Positions 29,401-41,400 of a DNA stretch of 64,000 nt are shown here, in pieces. The position numbers were made by a program, and so were the translations under genes. The stretch's first letter is position 1; each line of letters starts with the position of its first letter. Under the pieces are notes generated by a model, which saw nothing but the letters and a program-made list of their open reading frames with translations, had not been told where the DNA came from and searched no databases. This DNA is from Oopsacas minuta (Eukaryota > Animalia > Porifera): the NCBI GenBank assembly GCA_024704765.1, contig JAKMXF010000310.1, positions 931,999 through 995,998 of the forward strand, given 5' to 3'.

Positions 29401-32400
29401 AAATGGGACCATTGTCGTTGATGTCAAGAATAACCACACTGATTGTGATCTGACTCGATAAAGGAGGTGTTCCTTGGTCAGATATCGAGATTATTAGGTC
29501 ATAATCATCATTTTCTTCACGATCAAAAGTTGAATTAGTACTTATTTCTCCGCTATCGGAAATGGAAAATAAATTCAATCCGTCTCCACCAACGATCAGA
29601 AAGTGTATTTCAGCATTTTCCCCAGCATCATCATCTGTAGCAATAATAACGCCAATAGAAATTGGAGGAAGTTGTTCCTCTAATACAAAAAAGGTTAGAG
29701 AGATGTTAGGTTGGATGGTGGGAGAAAATTCGTTCTCATCAATTACAATAACTGTTACATTCGCTATTGAGGATCTCTGAGGTTGGCCTGAGTCAAATGC
29801 ATATACAAAAAAAGAGAAGAAGTCAATACTCTCTCTGTCAAAAGATATGTTTGAATAAATTTCCCCAGTTTCACTTGAAATGAAGAATTCATTGATAGTA
29901 AAATCCCCTGAACTAGTAAGAGCATAATATATTTCGCCATCAATCCCAGAATCTGAATCTTGAGCTGAAACATTTCCAATCAAAGTAGGAACGATTGAAT
30001 TCTCAGAGACATTGAATCGATAAAACACTCGTAAAAATACTGGTGACTGAGCATTGGTGAGGAAAATTTGTATTTGGGTGAAAACAGAAGGACTGAAGTC
30101 AGTGCCATCAAAAACATACAGCTCTAGGATTCTAATTGTTCCTCTAGGTTCGGATAACAGATTAGAGTATGTTAAACTCTGTAAAACTACATTTACATTC
30201 AAAATCCCGTCAAAATTAATGCTATATTGAACAACATTCTCAGAAGCTATAAAAATAGGATCAGGAACAGTGAGGTTCGTATGGCTAGTAAGGATTTCTT
30301 CCCCAGAAGAGAGTGTAGTATTCGATGTAATACGAATAAATAACGAAACAAAACGATTGTTATCATTGTCTATCACTGAAACATTACGAGATGTAATATA
30401 TATTGGAGGACCACCCTCTGTATAGCTAGTTGTGTAATTGTTCCCTGGTGCCGAAGTATCGAGATCGATCGAAGGGATATCGTTAACAGGAATAATAGTG
30501 ATTGATGTATTAGAGGCACTAGATTCTAATTGACCGTCGCTAACTGTAAAACAAATTGTTCTAGAAATAGGCGTTGGTTCTTCTGATGGGTTGTTATAGG
30601 TAACTGTTCGGAGTACTGTAACAAATTCTGAAATAGAAGTTTGAGAGAGGCTATAAGGAGAAATTGTTAAGACATATGTTGCGTTATCATAAGTAGAAAT
30701 TAATTGAGAATTTTCAGTTGAGACGGATAGATACTCTACCGGAGCTAAAGGATTCTTTAGTACTACCTGTGCCCAGGAGAGCGTAGGGCTATCTATATCT
30801 ATAATCATAAGGTTAGGGGATACAGCAAGTATTGATGTATGTGTATCTTCTATAAATGAAATTTCAAAGTTTAATCCTGGTAAATTCCCATTCAAGTCAA
30901 TGATTGGTCGATTGTTGATGGAATTATACAAAATAAAAATGGAAGCAGGGTTACTATCGTTTTTGCCATCATTCACAAAATATTGAACTTCTCTAATTCC
31001 ATCAGTAGAATTCCTTCCGATATTCTCATATCTTATCTGAGATATCAGATTTTCATAAATAATTAATGGTGCTACACCGGAAAGCAGCAGTACTCCAGTA
31101 ATTGAATTGAAGTCAGTTGTAACTTCTATCCCTTCAACTTCAACTGAGGGACCAATTAACAGTTCGTTTTCTCCATCTAATCTATTCCGAATTTCAACAC
31201 GAGCCCAACTGAGAGTATCATCATCATTATCTATTATTGATACTTCGTCAGACAATATTATAGCAGGGTCACCTTCTGAATAAGATATCTGAGTAACGCT
31301 GAGAGAGATCACAGGGATATCATTTATCGGTATAAGAGAAATTATACAGTATCTTGTCTGGGAGAAACGCTCTGAATTATCATCAACAAGAAATTCAATA
31401 GTCCTGGAACCGCCAGTTAATTCACCAGCAAGATTTTGATAAGTAACTGTTGATAAAATAAGAGCAAACTCAGGGATAGGGCTATTACCGCTGATTTTTA
31501 AGATAAAGTTTTCATAAGAATAAGATATGTGAGGAGATGTATTGGTTACGAGGAGTATTTCCTCAGATACTGGTTGTAGGGGATTTAGTATAGTTACACT
31601 AATAATGTAACTAAATGCAACGCTATCTCTGTCAGTTAGTGAAAAATTAGCAGAATCAACCAATGAAACAGGATTGCTTCCTTCAACAAAGATAGTTTGG
31701 AAGTTTCCATCAGCATTACCCAAGTTGAGGTCTGGTGGATAGTCATTCAATGGGACCAATGTAATAGTTACTATCACAGGGAGGCTATTAGACACTCCGT
31801 CAGATACTTGGTAAACTATTGTCTGTTCCAAGACTTGAGGTTCATCTATTGTATTGACATAATACAAAGAATTCATCAATTCTTCATATTCTAATTCAGA
31901 AGAAGTCCCAGAAATAGATAGGATACCATTGTTATACGAGAATAACACACTGAGATCAGAATCAGTATCACTAAACCATAGAGCTTCTCCGCATCCGATA
32001 CTACAGTATATAGTAGATGGAGAGACTCTGTTTGAAAAGAATAAAAAGTGAATAAACCCATTGAAATAATCTTGACGCTCATTAAAGTTACTAGGAGTTG
32101 GTGCAGCACCTAAATATAAACGGCCAGATTGATCTCTAATAGCTGAAATGGGAATTATGCTAACTAATTCTCCGTCAATTAATAAGCTGAAATACCAATT
32201 TGATGAATTATAATCAATGACAACAGCCAAATGATGCCAAGAGTCTATGAGTAAAGAGCAAACATTGGCTAGTACAATAAACTTATCCCCGTCAAAAGAA
32301 TTATACACAAAATGAAAATCTCCATTCACACAAACAAGAGTGATCACTGTATTAGTTGCACCTGAGTTTGGGGCTGCTTTAGATAAAATAGTACATGTTA

Positions 32401-35400
32401 AGTTATCAGTAAGAGGTTGATACCAAATCCACAAAGAAATTGTTAGTCCAGAATCTTCTGTACCTAATGAAATACTATCCTTAAACTCTGCGTATTGAGA
32501 TTGAGTTGATTCTAATGAAAGAGAATATCCAGAAAGAGAGGCCCCATTAAACAACACTAGCCCATCATTTTGTGTAGTAATTAATTCTACATTATCTATA
32601 CCACACCCTCGGGCTTTAAGAAGCCTGTCTTCATTCAAACACGGATAAGGGATAGTTTCTCTATTAGGTACAAACTCCTGGTTGTAAGAAGTATCTAGCA
32701 CTTGTAGAGATATATAAGCAGATGCAATTACATTGAGAGGAGGGAGATCTGAATCTTGAATATCAATAGAAGGATTAATGGCCAGGTTGAAATGTCCTTC
32801 AAAATAATTAAACATAGAATTGAAAGGGTCTATTTGAATGATCGGCATTTCATCATTTTCATTTATCACCATGATAAGAATATTAAGAGATGTCCTGAAG
32901 AATGGAGGATGAATATCCTGTGCAAATACCGTAATGTTGTGTTCCGAATTCAGCTCAAAGTCTAGCGGGAGCCGGGTAGCAATAACTCCATTATCTGAAA
33001 TATTGAAAGAATTGGAAACAGAACTGAGATATAGGGTGTATTCGTTGTTAGGAGGTAAATCGATGTCTGTAATATAAACAGCTGACACAAAAACACCAAT
33101 AGGAGCAGATTCAAGAATGCGGATAGTAGTAGACAAATTCGTTTGAATAATTGGAGCATTATCATTCTCATCTAGTATTTCTACTTCTACATTGCTAGTT
33201 GAGCTAAAACTGGGTACACCATTATCATTAACTTGAATTAAGAAGGAATAAGAAGCTGCAGATTCCCGATCTAACTCAGAAGATACATAGAGTGTTCCAA
33301 GATAGCTATTGACTATGAATGGAATTGTAGCATTAGTATTAGAGATAAGTGAGTAAGATAAGTTGGAATTTTCACCAATGTCAGGATCTGTTGTCGAGAA
33401 ATTATATACCAACATACCGATAGAAGTGTTTTCACTTAATCTTATGCGAATTATACCTTCTGGAAACATAGGGATGTTGTCATTCAGGTCAGTAACATCA
33501 ATTTTCACTTCAATCATATTCATGAGAGTAGGAACCCCTCCATCTGTAGCTGAGACATATAGTGTATATTCTATTGTACTCTCTCTATCTAGTACAGAAT
33601 TAGTATATATCTCTCCTGTGGTAGAGTTCAATCTGAAGAATAACGAGTATCCTGTGTTTATGAGATTAAAATTAATTAATGAATTGTTACCTAAATCTTG
33701 ATCAATTGCTTCCACTCTACCAATAAGCCTCGGGACAAGACCTATTAAACTAGTATTAGTATTGATTGGGGTGAAGTCCTCAGAAATAAAAAATAAATAT
33801 GGAGTATTTAAGAATGTTGGAGGGTTGTCATTAATGTCGGTGAGTATTATTAAAACGTTAACAGTTGAATTTCGAGAGTATTGATAAGGAAAGTGAGGAT
33901 TAAAAGCGGTAACCTGGAGAATAATTGCGCTAAATCTTTCTCTATCTAAATCAACATTAGAATTTACCGTTATCATGCCAAGTATAGAATCGATGGCAAA
34001 TGCAGATTGTCCTAGGGGAGGATGTACACCTGTAATCTGATACTCTACAATTCCATTCACACCAAGATCTACATCCGTAGCTAATACTGTAATTACAGGT
34101 GTAGCTATGTCGGAATGTTCCTCGATTTGAGTTTCATATGAGGAGCGATCGAAAACAGGAGAGTTGTCATTTTGATCCATAACACGAACATTGATTAAAG
34201 TAGTGTCCGAAAATCCTTGAAATGGACCATCATCATACACTTTTACTTGCAAAGAAAAGAATGAGTCCGTTTCGAAATCAATAGGCTGTGTGTTCCTAAG
34301 GGTACCCACAGATGTAATGCTGAAGGGTAATGAGGAAGAATTTGTGAGAGAGAAGAACATATCAGTTATTTGAACAGAATCATTATCTGTAGCAAAGAGC
34401 TGCAAGAGATTTGAAGGAGGAGCATTCTCAATTAGAGTTATGTTTATTTCTGTTTGGTTGAATGAAATTGCATTATCATTTATGTCCAATATTGAAATAT
34501 TTACTTGTGCAAAGTCAGCTAGAATGGTATCACCTTGATCAGTAACCATAACGAGGAATGAATACTCTATCACATCTTCATAATCAATGCTAGACTCAAG
34601 AAATATATAACCAGTTGTTGAATTTATTAAGAACGGAGTATCTCCTTCAATTGAGTAACTAAGTTTTGCATTAGTACCAGAATCTAGGTCAACAGCATCA
34701 ACAATTGTAACAAGAGATCCTTTGTCTAAATTTTCGAAGATGGAAGCAGTATACAAGCTCCTCGAAAATACTGGCGCATTGTCATTAACATCTAGGACAG
34801 AAATAATAACTTCTGCAGTTCCAATCATATGAGGTAATCCCATATCAATAGCCATGACTGTAAAATCGAATTCTTTTGTTTTCTCGAAGTCAATATCAAT
34901 ATTTGTATAGATTATCCCATCATCGTCAATTACGAAAGAATTGAAAACTCCCTGCAATATCAAAGTGATAGCAGAATTACCACCTAAATCTAAGTCCTGA
35001 GCTATGACTTGTAAAACACTAGTACCTATAGCAGTACCCTCGAGTACGTTTGAAGAGTAATTTGATTGCAAAAATGTGGGCGCATTATCATTGGTGTCAT
35101 TTACATTAATCAAAATTAAAGCTGAAGTTTCAAATATTCCATCGCTAGCCTGAATGGTAATCATATGAACAGCAAGTTTTTCAAAGTCGATCATCATAGC
35201 TAATGTAATCACCCCCGTTTCAGAGTTAATAGAGAAAAAATTTGATTCTGAAGAAGGAAGGATAGAAAAAGTTAGTGTTCCATTATTGTCAGACGTTTGA
35301 CAAGCAGCTATGAGCTCGGTGCGAATAATTCCTCCCACGAGACATTGATCAATATTACAAGTGTCAGCATCTGTGGCTAACACAGATGGAAGTAGGAGAG

Positions 35401-38400
35401 GGGTACCGATTGTAGCATTTTCTGGGAGAGTAGTTTGATAGAAAGGAAGCATAAAGGTTGGTTCATTATCATTATCATTTAATATCTGTATGTTAACAGG
35501 TACTACCATTCTATTCATACCACCATCTACTGCTGATACATTGACAGAGTATGTATTAACATTCTCAAAATCTATTGTGCCACTAAGCCATATTATCCCA
35601 CTAATAGGGCTGATCGAAAAGGGAACATGAGATGGTGTAATATAGTATTGTACCTCCCCAAAAGAACCACTGTCTCTATCACTAGCTTCCACTTGGAGTA
35701 TAGTCGTGTTTAATGGAGTATTTTCACATACAACTGCGGTGTAATTAGTCAGAGAAAATATAGGGATATTGTCATTTTCATCAGTGACATTTACTATCAA
35801 CTGAGCAGAAGAAGTCATAGATGGCCTCCCGTTGTCGACAGCAACAACTGTCAGGGTATATGAATTTCTGACCTCAAAATCTAGAATTGCATCATTCCTA
35901 ACAGTAACAACACCACTCGTATCAGTAATGGAGAAAGTACTAGAGTTATCAATAAGAGAGTAAATAAAACTGCCATAAATTCCAATATCATCATCACTAG
36001 CCACCACGATGCAATTTCCTAATATAACTCCTTCAGGAAATATGCAAAATATGGGATCTTGCAAAAACGTAGGCGCCATAGTATTCTGTATCAGATTAAT
36101 AGTGACTGAAGCATTATTGTCAGAGTCTGTAACTGAACAGGACGGGCCAGTTGCACCTATTACTAACATATAAGAAATAAAAGGATCCAAGGAATCCTCA
36201 TCAGCAACTAAATACAATATCCCTGTATCAGGATTAATCTCAAATATAGTAACATTTGTCAAATAAGGGAATACCTGAAGTATCTCGAATCTAATCGAAC
36301 TTGTACCATTGGGCGATTCATCAGGATCAATTGCTAGTATTGTAATCAGAGATGCTCCAGAAAGTGTTTGGAGAGGGAGTGTGTAGTTGTAAGTATCAGG
36401 TAAGAAGGAAGGACAGTTATCATTCTGATCAGTAATGTTAACGAAAAGAGAAGTTGTAGAGGTGAACAATCCATCTGTGACTTCTAATGTCAATAAATAG
36501 TACGATATTAATTCTCTATCAATTACAATTGTAGAAGAAGTATAAACATCCCCGGTAGTGTTGTTTATTATGAAAGGGCATTGTTCTGGACAATTCTTTA
36601 TGCTATAGATTAGAGTAAAAATTGAATTTTGTGAATCGACATCAGTTGCCTCAGCCGTAAATACAAATAAATTTAACATATTTTCTTCAATGTTAAAATC
36701 ATAAGGAGTATTAACGAATAACGGAAGGTTGTCATTTACTGATTGTATAGTAACTTGAGATATAGCAGAGGAACTCCAAGCAAAGCCGTCAAATACTGAG
36801 AGGTAAAATACCCGAGTGGTTGAAATCGGCTCCAAGGCAGGGTCAAAGAAAGTTATGTTAGAAATTAAAGACGAAACAGTAGAGAGAGATGTGAAAGGTG
36901 AAAAATATATACTACAATGAGGCGATGAATCGTTACAATTTAACTTCGGGTAAATTGAAATCAAAGATAAATCACGAATATCTCCATATTGTATTCGAAG
37001 CTCAGATATATATTTACTATCTGGGTCTATTATGACAGGTTGTAAGCTAATCATTACAGCTGGTTGATTTTCAACAAATGTTGTCGTATAGTCGTTAGAA
37101 GAAGTTGATGAATCAAGATCTAGGATAGGTGCATCATTTACAAGCGAAATATAAATGTAAATAAAAGATAGTTCACTGATCAATAATCCATCAGAGGCAG
37201 ATACAGATATAACTCGTATAAGATCTTTAGGCTCTTCTTCAGAATTAGAATAAGTTAAAGTTCGAAGTGTGTCTATAAATAGGTCAGGCGTTGAGGAAAA
37301 TGAGGAGATAGTAATGCGATGAGGAGATTGAGTTACCAACAGAGAGGAGGAAGGAGAGAGTGATATGAATTCAGATTCATTCTGAGGATTAGTCAGAGTG
37401 ATGATTACTTCAGTCAACTCAACATTATCTGCATCTAATATTGAAATATTGAAGGGTAAGATAGATATATTACCAGAAGATTCACGATAGGTAACAAAGT
37501 AATCTCTTCCTGGCTCTAGGCCATTCAGATCAACGACAGGAGCATCATTAATTGGAGTTAGAGTAATAGTAACCAAGTCAGCTATGCTAGTGGAGTTGAG
37601 ATCATCTGTAACATAAATTTCAACATCTCGAGCTCCTGCTGTAGGATCACCTGAAGTTATGTTGTGTGCATACAGTAGATTTCTTAAAAGAGACTGATAC
37701 GTAGATAAGGTAGCTATACCACTGATAGATATCTGATGTTTGTTTATTTGCAGAAGGGCTAGCCCTGGAAACGGATTACTTAACATAAGTACTTCACTTT
37801 CTCCGTCAGGAGGGGTTATTGAGAAGCGAATAAGGGCTCGCGAAAGAAATAAGCTATCAACATCACTCAATATGAGATTAGGGGTAATAAGAACACTACG
37901 ATTTGATTGGTTTTCTAAGTAGTTGATTATTCCACCATTCACTTGAACCTAGAACATATAATTATGATGTGCTAATAATCACAAAAAAACTGAACATATG
38001 TACAACCAAAATTATCTACATATGTATATTATTAAATCTCAATTGTTGTTTGTTTGCCAGTTGTCAAGGGATGGATGTACGGTATGGGATTATGAATTGA
38101 ATTTCGCAATTCCGAGATGTCGCATGACTACCTTAGTATAGGAAATTAACGCGATATTTCTCCAAACCGCGAAATTTCCTTAATATCATGCATTATCATA
38201 TTTAGCACTCAGAGAATTAAAAGTTTAACGAACGCACTGACTAAATAACTGTAATGAATCCGACAATAAAGTAGAATATAACACTCAAATTGAACAATTT
38301 TATGTAACAGAAATTTAAGTAAGATATGGTAATCCTCATTGATTAGCTTCTAGTTTATTTTTGCACCTAATTCCAACTGCTAAATATGGGGAAAAACAAG

Positions 38401-41400
38401 AATATAACAATAAAATCTGCTTTTCAAATTGAAGGACAGAGATGTTGGTAGGAAACAAAAAGCTATTGCTGCTAAAATTAATATCCCCCAGTAAGAGTTT
38501 CACGTACTGTTAAACGTCATCCCATTTCACCATTGAAGAAAACATTCTAATCAAACGCATTGATATTAAGCAATCAATAGTTTGTCTGGAGTTGTAGAAC
38601 AATTAGGCCTGGTTTGCAAGAAGAATTTGATCTGAATTCCCTTTTTGACTCAAAAAAAGGAATATGCAATTTTTGGCCACCACTGATGTGGGAGAAGGGC
38701 AGGGGTTGCCCAACTCGTTTTAATCGTGGGCCAATATCAGATCCCAAAGTATTTATATGTGCTAGCTATATATTAATGCTACCTATACTTAACTTAAGAA
38801 CTGTTCATATTGCAAATTTAGAAATAATAAATATCTTACTCACTAATTATTGATATTAAATATACACTCAGTATCTAATTGAATATAGTTCAGGATAAGT
38901 TAGGTAGAAATATACGAATTGAATGGTGTAAAAGTTTTAGTGACCTACATTTGTGCGGGCCTTATTTTGGGCACCTCTCATGTAGGTTTTGATCAATGAT
39001 TTATCGATGTGTGATTTGCACTATAATAATAAGTAAGATAGTAACAGGAAAATTTCAAATTACAGTCTGTGCCGACGTAATTTCACTAAATAAATTATAG
39101 CGAATTTTGTCCTAGTGTTACATATTCAAAGTCAAAAATATATCTCCCAAACAATCAAGAAAGGACCATATATTCGGAGCGTGAGTTTCGAAACAGCTTC
39201 AAATACAGATAAATACTTTTCTTTTAATATCTACCTGTTTATACTTATTTAATAAATTTTCCCATATTTATTTCTTCAGATTGACTCGAGCCCTTGATCT
39301 TCAAGAATATTTAAAATTGATAGAATTTCATCTTGTGGTAATAAGGGTAATACTATTATACAGGGGAGCCATTTCATAAAATCATAAATCGTACTATAGA
39401 TACTTGACAGTTTTGCCTTCTAACTCTATTCCAAAGTAGTTTACAACTAGTGAGATAAGCATCCAGTACGGTGAATATGAGGTAATTCACTTGAAATGCA
39501 TTTCTCGGCGCAGATTCAAAATCACTAACTGCAACATTAGGTTTAAAATCGGGTATAATTTCAGCCACCACATCAAGGACTCTGATTAGTTGATCATTAA
39601 ACATGAATTGTAGGAATACCGGAATAGAATGCTCATACTAAATGGAAAATATAGGAAATTTTCTGATGAAGTTTGAAAGGTACGAAATGTTCCATTGAAA
39701 CAAATTCGCTTGCAAGACTCTGCTAATAGTGCATATTATCTGACATAATTGTGGCAACTCTATTATCTACACAGTAGCCTTAAGCATATATTAGTGACGA
39801 CTGCCAACTAGAAGTTTCAACTATTTGTTTACTTCATATTCATAAAACAATAATAAATTTACATATGAGAAAAGCGAAATTAGGATTCAGCGTACGTGAT
39901 TACCCATGATTCCAATAATTCATGGTAATCAGGTAAGCTTTGTCCACTTTATTTTTACTATATATTAATAATACAACAAATTAATAGACAAATAATTAAT
40001 TCAAAAGTGTGAAAGTCAGATTGAGGATATTCAATATATTTAGTCAAAATTATATTTAATTTAATTATTTTATGCCTTACTAAACACGGGCACGATAGGA
40101 TGTGAGGTTATTTTTGCTAATTAAATTGGGCTAATTTGGCAAATCTATATTATTAAAAGCGATTAATCTACTTATCTATATAGTATAAGCTTGTAAGCCC
40201 CGAATTGGTTGAAGAAACTGAAAGACCTCCAGGCCTGATTCTTGGGATACAGCGGTATTTTGGCCTGACTCATCATGGAACTATTAAGTCATGAAATTCT
40301 TAATACTCGAGGGACCAAGTGCCTAGATGGGCCGCATGGATTTGTCCGAATTTTGGAGTATGCATCTGTCCGACTGAAGTAAGGCCTGAATGAAGGAAAC
40401 AGGAAGAAACTAGTAGCAGGTAAAAGCCTTGGGCTCAGTATAAAGTGAGAATGAAAGCCAGAACCTGTACGGCGAGAATACTAGTAACTAATGACAGTAA
40501 ATCCTATCCTGTGATTTGTAGTGATGGAAATCTCCTTAATCAGGGCCATATTTACAATATTTGCAGTCTATCTAGTTAAATGCGGCACTAGAAACGATCA
40601 AATCACAACTAAATTTGAATAGAAATCATGGGAAGTTAATTCCTCCAGGAAAAATGCGAAAAAAAATCCCAATCCCCAATTTTCAGCCGAAATAATCAAT
40701 AATACCAGAATATACAAATTCATACTTCAAAATTCGGACAAATGCATACTCCAAAATTTCGGACAAATGAATACTACAATATTCGGACCAATGCAGCTCT
40801 CCCGCCCAGAATACTAACCAATAGCCAAATAATATAAAATTTAGCAAATAAAGGGGTGCTGCATTTGTTCGAATTTAGATGTTATCATTAGTGAAAATTT
40901 GTTGAACTAACTGTCGTGAGTTCGAATCGTATTTCAGAGTACTACCATTAGTTCGAATTTAATACTACTTTGAAATAAAATCAATTTATTGGCACTCGCT
41001 CTAAGTCTCTATTTTGGATGCACAACAATACTTAGGTTTCCTTTATAAGTTATATGCAGACTAGCTTCATAGAAACTATGAAACCTATTGTCACTCCATT
41101 GAGTGGAAATACCTATAAATTATTGAATTGACTTTAAGGATTTAGGTACGAATGGAGTATAAAGCAGAAGAATTCAAACGCATTACAAGGAGAGTTTATA
41201 AAACTTCAGATGGTCATAAATATACATCCAGTCCAAAATCATGGAAAAATATATTCATCTGAGATGTGCCTTATTTAAGTCAGCATGATGTAGAGCAACA
41301 AGTAAGTTAAACCGTGAATCGAATTTGAACGATATTGGACGTCTAAGTCAAGGGAGAGAAATTACACGGGCCAGGAAAAAGAAGGATATCAGAAATGATC

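Noticed and set aside
26023-37922. Short ORFs overlapping the giant exon (for example 26874, 27978, 28377, 29562, 33363, 37740)
   Set aside because: Antisense or off-frame shadows of the 12.5-kb exon.
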